The notes beneath the pieces are model-generated. The model saw only the letters and a program-made list of their open reading frames with translations. It was not told the origin of the DNA and did no database searches. DNA of 64,000 nt from Candidatus Delongbacteria bacterium (lineage in GTDB: Bacteria; CAIWAD01), in the NCBI GenBank assembly GCA_963663545.1, contig OY760505.1:3200001-3264000 (forward strand). Reading direction: 5' to 3'. Shown here piece after piece: positions 11,001-19,319 of this stretch; positions within the stretch are counted from its first letter, which is position 1, and each line of letters begins with the position of its first letter. The translations under genes and the position numbers were made by a program.

Positions 11001-14000
11001 AACGCGGTCAACGACGCGCCGGTGGTGGCAACACCGCTGGAGGATCAAAGCATCGACGAGGACGAGGAATACGCCGTTGCAACGGCCACCTTGCTGGCCG
11101 CTTTCAGTGATGTAGAAAACGATGTGCTTTCCATTCAGGGTGTGGCCGTGGATGAAGGCGCAGCCAGCTTGTTCGAGGGCGTTTGGACGATTACGCCCGA
11201 GGCCGACTGGTCCGGAATCATCACAGTAACCGTGACTGCCCGTGAAGCCTCCACTGCCGAACACTACACGGTGCAGGATGTTTTTGAGCTGACAGTGAAC
11301 GCGGTCAACGATGCGCCGGTGATTGCAGCTATCGAGGATCAGACTCTGGCCGAAGATGGCAACCTGCAAGTCGCCTACTCCGTGAGCGACATCGACGGCG
11401 GCGAGCTGCTGCTTTCCGTCAGTACTGGAAACGCCTTCCTGACCGTCGAGCTGGATTTGGACAACGAAGAAATCCTCCTTGCCCCAGTGGCGAACTGGTT
11501 TGGCAACAGCCTCGTCACCCTCGAGGCCAACGATCAGGTTGCCCGTACGATCAGCAGCACTTCCTTCATGGTTACTGTGACACCCGTCAACGATGTGCCG
11601 ACGCTGGCAACTCCTTTTGAGGATCGCGAAGAAGTCGAGGACACCCCCTTCACGCTGCTAAGCGCCGATCTGGTGGCCGCGTTTGAGGATGTGGAAGACG
11701 ATGCGCTGGTGGTCAATCAGGTGAGTTTCGATCAGGGCACGGTAGTCAGTGTGGCCGGTGGCTATCAGCTGACGCCAACGTCCGAGTACAGTGGCGCTGC
11801 CCTGATTACCGTTGAGGTGCGCGAGCAGAACAGTGTGGAGCACTATACGGCGCAGACCACCATCAATGTGGATATCGCTCCCGAAAACGATGCACCCGTC
11901 ATCGCCAGCATCGACACGCAGACCATGGATGAGGACGGCACTCTAGCCGTGCCTTACGTCGTGAGCGATGTGGACAATCCTGAGTTGACGCTGAGCGTCA
12001 CCAGCAACAACGACAGCATCTTGGTGAGCCTTGACGAGGACGCCGAGGAAATTCTGATTAGCCTGGTGGCGGATTTCAACGGCAGCGGCACCGTCACGCT
12101 TCGTGCAGATGACGAAGAACTGCGTCTGGTGGACACCGAGGACTTCGCCGTCATCGTCAGTGCGGTGAATGATGAACCGGTAGTGGCCGGGGTGCACGCA
12201 ACCGTGAACGCGGTCGAGGACACGGATTTTGTTCTGAGCACCAGCGAGCTGCTCTCGCATCTGAGCGACATCGACGGTGACGAGCTGACGGTAGACGCCA
12301 TCGACTTCGACCACGGCGTTGTATCACAGGACGGCGACAACTGGACCTTCACGCCCGCCGCCGACTATTTCGGCAGCGCGGAGATTTCGCTCACGGCCAT
12401 CGAGGTCGGTACTGTGGAAGCCTATACTGTCGACACAACTGTGCCTGTGGAGATTAGTGCTGCCAACGACGCGCCGGTGATTGTCGCCCTCGACGACCAG
12501 GAACTCGACGAGGACAGCACGCTGTCTGTGGCGTACTTCGTGAGCGACGTCGATAATGGCAGCCTGAGTCTGAGCGTGAGCAGCGATGACGAAAACCTGG
12601 ATGTGGAACTGGATGAGTTGGCGGGCGAGATCCTGCTGACTCCTGCCGAGAACTGGAACGGCAGTGCCCTGGTTACGCTGACAGCCGATGATGAAGTGCT
12701 TCGCGCCACGGATAGCGAGACCTTTACGGTGACGGTCACTCCGGTTAACGATGCGCCTTACCTGAGCGAAGCCTATGATAATGTGGATGCCACGGAAAGC
12801 ACGCCCTTCGAGCTGACGGCGGCTGAGCTCCTGGCTAACTTCGCGGACGTGGAGAACGACGAGTTGGCTGTGGATTCCCTGGCTTTCAACCACGGTACTT
12901 TCAGCCTGGACGGTGATACATACACCTTCACTCCGACCACGGGCTACAACGGCTGGGCTCTGATCTACGTACGCGCCGCTGAAACAGCTACTGCGGAAGC
13001 CTACACGGTGGACGCCAGCATTGATGTGGCCATTGGTGCGGTCAACGATCCGCCGGAAATCACCGCCATCGACGATCAGGAAATGGACGAGGATACCGTG
13101 TTACGCGTCGCCTATTCGGGAACGGATCCCGAGAGCGATCCCATCACCTGGAGTGTTAGCGCCGATGAAGAACAGGTGAGTGTCGAGCTGGATGAGGCGG
13201 AGTCTGAAATCGTACTGACGCCCAGTGCGGATTGGAACGGCAGTGCGCTGATTACTCTGGTGGCCAGTGACGGTATTGAACGTATCACGGCCAGCGAGAC
13301 ATTTACACTCACCGTACTGCCGGTCAATGACCAACCGGTACTGGAGAGTGCGCTCGCCGATCGTGAGACGGCGGAAGATACGCCCTTGACCCTGACCAAC
13401 GCCACGCTGCTGGCCTCCTTCAGCGATGTCGATGAGGACGAGCTTGCCGTAAGCTTGGTGGAATGGGCTGAAGGTACGGTTGCTGCCCAGGCGGGCGGTT
13501 GGTTGCTGACTCCTGTCGCCAACTACAACGGCAGCGCCTTGGTAACGGTAACCGTCGCCGAGACTGGAACCGCAGATTTATTCAGCGTCCAGGGCACCTT
13601 TACCTTAGCGGTCAGCGCTGTAAACGATGCTCCCTTTGTAACACAGGAATTGGATACTCTGCTGCTGGGGCGCTACTCCAGTAATTCCAGCATCGACTTG
13701 GACGATGTCTTTGATGATCTGGACAACGAGACCTTGAGTTACAGCGTCAGCGGTGATACAGACCTGGTCGATGTCAGCATTGACGGAGAAGGTGTGGTTA
13801 CGATCAGTTCCAACGACGACTGGTTGGGCGATGCTGTGCTGGTCTTTACGGCGGAGGATGAAGGCTCGCGCCTCTCCGCGAGCGAAGATCTTGTGGTCAG
13901 CGTGATACAGGCGAATGCCTGGGTCAGCGGTCAGGTCCGCTACTACACGGATGAAAACAACATGGAAGATGTCCTGCTGACCTTGACCGGCACGGACAGC

Positions 14001-15110
14001 CTTTCTTCAACAACCGACGCAGACGGCGAGTGGCAGATTTTGGTAGAGACCATCGGCGACTACAGCCTGCGTGCCGAGCAGGTTGACGAAGTGCCTTCAG
14101 GTGTTTCGGTTGTCGATTGTATCAAGATTCGTCGCCATCTGGCAGAGCTTGAAGTCTTTGACGATCCTTACCAGCTCGTTGCGGGTGATGTGAATGCTAG
14201 TGGAACAGTCAACGTTAGTGATGTGATTGCCATCCGTCGTGCCTTGGCTGACCTGGATCCGCTGCCCACGGGCGAGTGGAAGTTCTTCGCCGCCGGTTAT
14301 GCCATCGACATGGCGAACTGGCCGCTGGCACCCACTACGTACGACTACGAGCCGCTGTCTGCAGATTTGACGGGCCAGGACTTCCTGGGCGTCTGCATGG
14401 GCGACGTGGATGGCAGCTGGAATGCAGGCGAGTTACTGGCCCGCGGTGGTGAGACAACATGTCTGAGTTCCGGTGTGATACAGCGTGAAAGCACTGATCT
14501 GGTGCGTGTGCCGCTGGTACTGGATGCCGATGTTGAGCTGGCTGGTGCGCAGTTCCAGTTGAGCTGGCCTGCCGAGCTGGAGTTGAACGATGTCAGTTCT
14601 TCACTGGCCGTGAACTGGACAAGCAATCAGACCGAGCAGCGATTGATCATGGTCTTTGAGCAGCTTGAGGGCGTGCCGCTGCGCGCCGGACAGCCTTTGG
14701 CTGAGCTGATCTTCCGCGTTCCCGCAGGTGACACACGATGGGCGCTGGAGTTGGAGAATGTGGTTCTAGCCAGTCCCGCTGGCGAGGCCTTGTTGTTGGG
14801 TATTGTGCAACCTGTGCTGGATATGAGCCGCATTGCGCAGTTGCCCACGGAGCTCGCACTGCACGATTGCTGGCCCAATCCTTTCAACCCTGTAACCAAT
14901 TTGAGTTTTGATCTGCCCAAAGCGACCCTGGTCAACCTTGCGATCTACGACTTGTTGGGACGCCAGGTAGCTGTGCTGCTTCAGGGTGAGGTCGTTGCTG
15001 GAAGTCATGTTCTGCAGGTCGATGCCTCCGCCTGGGCTTCTGGCACCTACTTCGCGGTGCTGCGTACGGGTGACAGCGTGAAGACGAGTCGCCTGTTGCT
15101 GATCAAGTAA
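8025..15110 (+). CDS. Giant secreted cadherin-like/tandem-95 (VNDAP) repeat protein with dockerin, cohesin-like domain and PNPFNP C-terminal sorting domain
   Basis: RBS GGAGGA at 8012; signal peptide; about 19 V/INDAP-bounded repeats; GDVNASGTVNVSDVIAIRR dockerin; WPNPFNP...LLLIK tail. Confidence 0.9.
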   Translation: MRQRICLVMGILLLLVQGALAQTGPTIHPIATANLTEDQSKIHPIYVTDPDDPASNLGVVLQSSDSDHVLLSVYEQTDNDTIWIGIDPSAGWSGSVTGTVRVFDGLPSRSVDLETFTINVAFAADYPVLVQAFDSLLLAEDDCFTLDADTLVTHFYDDDIPYGDSFSITDITYNHGSVSQAGSVWTLCNAENYYGFAAASLTLQDTNYDTLVVFNLPIRITPVNDAPEQILACDPLAMTEDVIATVNGNALKTHFTDPDGDEFEVDSLQFNHGTVTRSGATYSLHPTENYAGAAEVTVYVSESVNPDDLGTTATISVDIAPVNDAPVVGAIADQTASEDTPLTVAFTASDPEDDTMYFAVATDQADVSASVNGAARQITLTPTNNWNGTTTVTLTVSDSELRLSTEVNFDLVVSATNDAPVADPGLADQSIDEDASFLLTEVAILAAFTDPEGDDLSVDEVSSSAGTVTPEGDDYRITPAADFFGDLTITVTVIETITADAYSTSDSFTLTVNAVNDAPVIDAIADQSTDEDVQLRVAYSVNDVDNASLELSVSSDEANVLATLDELAEEIVLTPAADWNGTATITLTANDAALRLTDGEQFTLTVDAVNDAPYLVEAYDDIEALEDTPFELTDAELLANFDDVDGDVLLVQSVSFDHGSVVHAAGTATFTPDEGYNGWAEIGITAVEDGTVDSFTASATIDVAIGAVNDSPDIDPIADQNMDEDDVLRVAYAGTDPEADPISWSVASSNVNLVAVLDEVEEEIVLTPAADWNGSATITLTADDGVVRTTSQESFLVTVNAINDAPYLNSALDDRSTDEDVALSLTNAVLVAHFDDVDGDALTISNVEWAEGSVVTQPGGWLLTPAADYNGSSMVTITARESATADLYTAQGTFTLTVDAINDAPVITLPGDQSTDEDVELRVAYLISDVDNAEFTLDISSSADEVSASIDTDNGELVLVPDADWSGTSNITFTASDEVLRLSDSETFTLTVNAVNDAPVVATPLEDQSIDEDEEYAVATATLLAAFSDVENDVLSIQGVAVDEGAASLFEGVWTITPEADWSGIITVTVTAREASTAEHYTVQDVFELTVNAVNDAPVIAAIEDQTLAEDGNLQVAYSVSDIDGGELLLSVSTGNAFLTVELDLDNEEILLAPVANWFGNSLVTLEANDQVARTISSTSFMVTVTPVNDVPTLATPFEDREEVEDTPFTLLSADLVAAFEDVEDDALVVNQVSFDQGTVVSVAGGYQLTPTSEYSGAALITVEVREQNSVEHYTAQTTINVDIAPENDAPVIASIDTQTMDEDGTLAVPYVVSDVDNPELTLSVTSNNDSILVSLDEDAEEILISLVADFNGSGTVTLRADDEELRLVDTEDFAVIVSAVNDEPVVAGVHATVNAVEDTDFVLSTSELLSHLSDIDGDELTVDAIDFDHGVVSQDGDNWTFTPAADYFGSAEISLTAIEVGTVEAYTVDTTVPVEISAANDAPVIVALDDQELDEDSTLSVAYFVSDVDNGSLSLSVSSDDENLDVELDELAGEILLTPAENWNGSALVTLTADDEVLRATDSETFTVTVTPVNDAPYLSEAYDNVDATESTPFELTAAELLANFADVENDELAVDSLAFNHGTFSLDGDTYTFTPTTGYNGWALIYVRAAETATAEAYTVDASIDVAIGAVNDPPEITAIDDQEMDEDTVLRVAYSGTDPESDPITWSVSADEEQVSVELDEAESEIVLTPSADWNGSALITLVASDGIERITASETFTLTVLPVNDQPVLESALADRETAEDTPLTLTNATLLASFSDVDEDELAVSLVEWAEGTVAAQAGGWLLTPVANYNGSALVTVTVAETGTADLFSVQGTFTLAVSAVNDAPFVTQELDTLLLGRYSSNSSIDLDDVFDDLDNETLSYSVSGDTDLVDVSIDGEGVVTISSNDDWLGDAVLVFTAEDEGSRLSASEDLVVSVIQANAWVSGQVRYYTDENNMEDVLLTLTGTDSLSSTTDADGEWQILVETIGDYSLRAEQVDEVPSGVSVVDCIKIRRHLAELEVFDDPYQLVAGDVNASGTVNVSDVIAIRRALADLDPLPTGEWKFFAAGYAIDMANWPLAPTTYDYEPLSADLTGQDFLGVCMGDVDGSWNAGELLARGGETTCLSSGVIQRESTDLVRVPLVLDADVELAGAQFQLSWPAELELNDVSSSLAVNWTSNQTEQRLIMVFEQLEGVPLRAGQPLAELIFRVPAGDTRWALELENVVLASPAGEALLLGIVQPVLDMSRIAQLPTELALHDCWPNPFNPVTNLSFDLPKATLVNLAIYDLLGRQVAVLLQGEVVAGSHVLQVDASAWASGTYFAVLRTGDSVKTSRLLLIK

Positions 15111-15153
15111 TCGGAATCTGTTTCGCGAGTCTGTGTTACAGGTTCGCGCAGCC

Positions 15154-15192
15154 GTGGGCCGGCAGGCAATCTGCCGGTCCACTGCGTTTTTT
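15154..15192 (+). terminator. Rho-independent terminator
   Basis: GTGGGCCGGCAG-GCAAT-CTGCCGGTCCAC followed by a T-run. Confidence 0.7.
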
Positions 15193-15262
15193 GGCACTGT
15201 GGTAGCGTCTATCTGCATTACATTGACAGGAGAAGAACCGTTCTCGAATGAGGAGATGCACC

Positions 15263-15670
15263 ATGACAACAGGAGTTGTATCACAGGGCCAGCGCGTCGC
15301 CGGAAGGGGATTGCTGACGCTGATCGCCATACTCTCCGTGTATCACATTCTGCTTCTATCGGGGATGTTGCCACCTGTAGCTGCCTGGGGAGGAAGGGTG
15401 GCCGAGTTACCGGCAAACCTGCAAACCTTGGAACTGTTCGCGCTGGGGATCCTGTTGTTCTTTTCCCTGCTTATTCTTGGACACCTGCGCCGCTGGGGGG
15501 GACGCTTCGCCTGGCTGTTTCGTGTTGGTTGCGGAGTCATCGCCGCCTACTTCAGCCTGAATGTTGTGCTTAACCTGATGGCCTTGGGGCTACTGGAACG
15601 ACTGCTCTTCACTCCGCTGAGCTTCATGATGGCTGTCTTTGCATGGTGGCTCGTGCTGGCTCGCAGCTAG
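15263..15670 (+). CDS. Small multi-pass membrane protein
   Basis: RBS AGGAG; four hydrophobic segments; AWGG motif. Confidence 0.7.
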   Translation: MTTGVVSQGQRVAGRGLLTLIAILSVYHILLLSGMLPPVAAWGGRVAELPANLQTLELFALGILLFFSLLILGHLRRWGGRFAWLFRVGCGVIAAYFSLNVVLNLMALGLLERLLFTPLSFMMAVFAWWLVLARS

Positions 15671-15812
15671 GACTTTCCTGTGTATCACGGAGTTGCGCCT
15701 CTGTGCTGGCTGTGTGACAAAGATAAATGCGTTATGGCCCGATTTTGTACTACTCGAACACTCCTCGTGCTATTTCACCCTTGAAGAGCCTGTATTCTGC
15801 TTGAGTGCGCTC

Positions 15813-15828
15813 TGGCATTCTTCTTGCT
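15813..15828 (+). promoter_or_regulatory. Putative sigma-54 promoter
   Basis: TGGCATTCTTCTTGCT matches TGGCA-N6-TTGCW, about 100 bp before ATG 15931. Confidence 0.6.
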
Positions 15829-15930
15829 AACGAAATCTGCGCAGGTGTGCACCATGAGGCGAATGGTGGCCGCAATTCCATTCTCTATGCATGGTCATGC
15901 AACACTCCCCTACAGCAGGAGGAAGATGGA

Positions 15931-18273
15931 ATGCTCCTTTGCGGAGAGTGCACTTATTTTGTGCCTATACCCGGGGAGACGGAGGCGGGCACTTGCTTTC
16001 GTCGCCGTGTTGACTTTCGCGATAGCGCAGAGCAATGTCCGCACAATGCCTTTCAGAAGCGTGTGGAGCCGCAGAGTCACCTCTACACCGAGATGAAACA
16101 GCATCTCTGTGCCAAACTGACGGAGGCGAAGGCTGTACTTGACGAGGGTCGTGCCGGGTGTACCGAAAGGATGCTGACTACGCTCCTGGAGCAAAGTGGC
16201 CAGAGATTGCTACCGGTCGAGCGCCATCTTCTTTCCCTTGCCACCTGCCTGATGGCTGTTGAGCTACCTCGTATCGTGCTACGTGACTCTGCCCTTCTCT
16301 CCGGCGAAGACGGTTGTGATACAAACGAAAAGAGGCAGGGGACTGACGCAGAAGCTATTTGCGGGTTCGTTCAGGATCACCGCCATACGCTGTTCTTTCC
16401 TGAAGGAGCTGCAGGACATAGCGCTGATGACCTTATTGCGCACTCCGCAGAGCTGGCCAACGCGCTAGCATGTCTTCTGCAGTTCTACCCCTTGCACGAG
16501 GACCTCAGACACTGTCCGGAGTTCCTTGCTGTGCAGGGAGAGCGTGTTCGCCAACGACTCTTGGCCGCTATGCTACGACTTGCCGATACGCTCTCGCTGG
16601 ATGTATCACAGCAGGGGATGCGCATTCCTGGTCGATTCTCATTTATCGAAGCAGAGGCCGAGACGCATTTGCGCGATTTGAAAAACGCTTTCGTTTCCTG
16701 CATTCATCCCGATGCCGATGCACAGCTACTGCATTTGACTTTACGCCTGCCTGGTCAGTGGCAGTGTGTCACTGGTCTTCCACTGGCAACGAATCGTCTG
16801 AAGCCTCTGCAAAGCGTTGAGCGTGTTCTGCGGATCTGGATCAGCGAGGTTCTGACGACGGTAAACCCGGTCTTTGCGCGCAATGCTATGAGCACTTACA
16901 CAGACATCAAGGTGGAACCCAGCCAAGCGCGCGGTTGCAGTCAGCAATGGCTGGCGGAAGTAGAGCTTCTACTAGAGCGCCATCAGCACTTTGCACATTG
17001 CAAAGGCTCACGTCTGCTTTCCATGATCCCCCGCATGCTGAGGCTTCTTTGCGCTGCTGAAAATGACGCTCCCTTCGAGGAGGGACTTCGCTCCTTTCAC
17101 AGTGAAGTGGCGGTCTATTGCAGGCTTCATCCCGAACACTTGGCGATGGATGTGATACGGCGATTTCTGGAGGCAAAGCGGCAAGAGCAACTGCCAACAG
17201 AACCCATGCGCGGCCTTCTGTCAGCGCTCGCAGACTGTATCGAATGCGAACAGCGCAGCGCTGCACGCGCACTCGATAGTGTGTGTCAGAACATCATCCC
17301 GGAGGGCGTGCGCCACCTTGTGTTAGTTTCCTCTTCGGCCTCACTTGTATCACTGCTGAAAGTGCACGGGGAACAGCGTGTCCGCGAGGGAAGAGAGTGG
17401 ATTCAGGTACATGTGCTGACAGGGCCTCCATCCATTCCGGCGCGTGGAACACGAGCAATGAGTTCACAAGGCGATCCGCTCCAGATCGGTGAAATCATGC
17501 AGTGCCCCGGTTGTAGCGTACAAGTCGTACCTGACGCGAGTCTGGCTACTTTGTTCTCGTATCACGGATTGCTCGCACCCATTGAATCCAAAGCCGATTG
17601 TGTCGAGTGTGATACACACAATCAGAGGCGAACGGCAGCTGCACCAAAGACAGATAAGGGACACCCGACAGAGGAATGGTTGATGCTCACAGACGCAGAG
17701 GGCATTGATGTATGCAGCGGGGATTGTGTGCACTCTTCCGGGCATTTGGCAGCACTACTGCTTGCTGCTCATGCAAGGATTCCCGTGTACATGGTGGCCG
17801 GTCGACTAACGCTGGGCCGGTTGGACAATACGCGCAATGTGTCACAGAGAGCGAAATACGGTTCCGTGACACAATCTCGACCGATGGATGATCCGCCTTC
17901 CGGCGCTATGCAGATCTGGATTCCGCCTGCAGACCGCTTTCCATATTCGCTGCTCAGCCGTGTTTTCATTGATGGCTGTGAGATACTGTCGCAGCAGGAG
18001 CTGGCCCAGCATGCCGTGAAACTAGTCCTGCGGAACGAGGGTGGGAACACATCGCTCAGCTTCGCTACTGCTGCCCGTGTCACGAAGCAGGTGCCCTTTG
18101 GTCAAGACACATCCTCCCGCAGTAACACGGCTACATCAGCCGTTGAAAAACACGCGCCCTTGGCGGGCTTGTTGCCGCACATTTCCTGCGTCGGCGGCTA
18201 TCTTGTACCGGGAGGCAGTGCAAGGCTGCGAACTCTTTCCACGCAAGCGGCTTCCCGCGAAGACGCCAAATAG
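15931..18273 (+). CDS. Fusion protein: Cys-rich N-terminus, HD-like helical domain, degenerate eIF2B/MtnA-like C-terminal domain
   Basis: RBS AGGAGG; CGEC...C...C; LLAAMLRLADTL; VPDASLA, TDAEGID...HSSGHLAALLLAAHARIPVYMVA, DRFPYSLLSRVFIDG. Confidence 0.55.
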   Translation: MLLCGECTYFVPIPGETEAGTCFRRRVDFRDSAEQCPHNAFQKRVEPQSHLYTEMKQHLCAKLTEAKAVLDEGRAGCTERMLTTLLEQSGQRLLPVERHLLSLATCLMAVELPRIVLRDSALLSGEDGCDTNEKRQGTDAEAICGFVQDHRHTLFFPEGAAGHSADDLIAHSAELANALACLLQFYPLHEDLRHCPEFLAVQGERVRQRLLAAMLRLADTLSLDVSQQGMRIPGRFSFIEAEAETHLRDLKNAFVSCIHPDADAQLLHLTLRLPGQWQCVTGLPLATNRLKPLQSVERVLRIWISEVLTTVNPVFARNAMSTYTDIKVEPSQARGCSQQWLAEVELLLERHQHFAHCKGSRLLSMIPRMLRLLCAAENDAPFEEGLRSFHSEVAVYCRLHPEHLAMDVIRRFLEAKRQEQLPTEPMRGLLSALADCIECEQRSAARALDSVCQNIIPEGVRHLVLVSSSASLVSLLKVHGEQRVREGREWIQVHVLTGPPSIPARGTRAMSSQGDPLQIGEIMQCPGCSVQVVPDASLATLFSYHGLLAPIESKADCVECDTHNQRRTAAAPKTDKGHPTEEWLMLTDAEGIDVCSGDCVHSSGHLAALLLAAHARIPVYMVAGRLTLGRLDNTRNVSQRAKYGSVTQSRPMDDPPSGAMQIWIPPADRFPYSLLSRVFIDGCEILSQQELAQHAVKLVLRNEGGNTSLSFATAARVTKQVPFGQDTSSRSNTATSAVEKHAPLAGLLPHISCVGGYLVPGGSARLRTLSTQAASREDAK

Positions 18274-18319
18274 TCGGCTTGCTGGCTGGCCACAGAATGA
18301 ATCGCATACTGGAGGTCGC

Positions 18320-19156
18320 ATGAAGCTCCTGATTATCAGTGGTAGTCCACGTCGCAAGGACAGTCATGGTCTTTGCAAGAGGCTGGTAGAGCTGCTGCAG
18401 ACAACCGACACGCTTGAGCTGGAAGAAATCCGCTTGTGCAAGAGGCACATCGATCCTTGCTGTGGCTGCCTGGCTTGTATGCGCAAAGGCGAAGAGGCGT
18501 GCCCATGCAAGGACGAACTGACCGCCATTGTCCGTTCCATGCAGCAGGCGGATGCAGTGATTTTCGCTGCTCCCGTCTACGTACACGGCCTCCCCGCGCC
18601 CATGAAAAACCTCTTTGATCGCTTGGCCTGGTGTCTGCACCGTCCTGCTTTTCATGGCAAACCCGCGCTGCTTCTGTCAACGACCGAGCTCAGCGGCTTG
18701 TCGGAAACACTCAAGCAGCTGGCTTTTCCATTGAGGATTATGGGATTTCACATCCTTGGACGCATTGGTGTGTTGTCGGCGGCCTTCGCCGAAGAAGGCC
18801 CCTACCGAAGCCGGGTGATACGTCAATTGGAGCGCGCTGCGGCAGCTCTCACACAGGCTGTAGCACAACCCGTTCTGCCCCGGCCGCGTCTGAGCGATCT
18901 GGTTTTCTTTCACAAGCTTCGCACAAAGATTCGCATGCATCGCGAGAAGTATGTGGCCGATTACAACTACTGGAGCGAGCAGGGTTGGCTGAATGCTGAC
19001 TACTTCTATCCGGTGAAGACCAACGCCTTCAGACGGTTACTAGCGGCCATTCCCGCGCGAATCATTCGTCTTGTGTTACGACTCAAACTAGGCAAACAGG
19101 TCTTTGTCAGCTTCACGGGCGGAGCCTTTAGCACAGGTGTACACAAAAATGCTTGA
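18320..19156 (+). CDS. Flavodoxin-family NADPH-dependent FMN reductase (iron-sulfur flavoprotein-like)
   Basis: IISGSPRR, CCGCLAC...C, ADAVIFAAPVY, MKNLFDR. Confidence 0.9.
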   Translation: MKLLIISGSPRRKDSHGLCKRLVELLQTTDTLELEEIRLCKRHIDPCCGCLACMRKGEEACPCKDELTAIVRSMQQADAVIFAAPVYVHGLPAPMKNLFDRLAWCLHRPAFHGKPALLLSTTELSGLSETLKQLAFPLRIMGFHILGRIGVLSAAFAEEGPYRSRVIRQLERAAAALTQAVAQPVLPRPRLSDLVFFHKLRTKIRMHREKYVADYNYWSEQGWLNADYFYPVKTNAFRRLLAAIPARIIRLVLRLKLGKQVFVSFTGGAFSTGVHKNA

Positions 19157-19319
19157 ATAAGCGTGGCTTTTTGGCCGCGGCCTGATTCTCAATTCACTGC
19201 ACGCCGCTTACATAGTAACCCCACAAGAGTGTGCTTTCCGCTATCGATGGCTTAAGATCCCCGTGTCGCAAACCGATCAGAGAGGGGCTTATGACAAGAC
19301 ATAGCGGAAGGATCTCATA

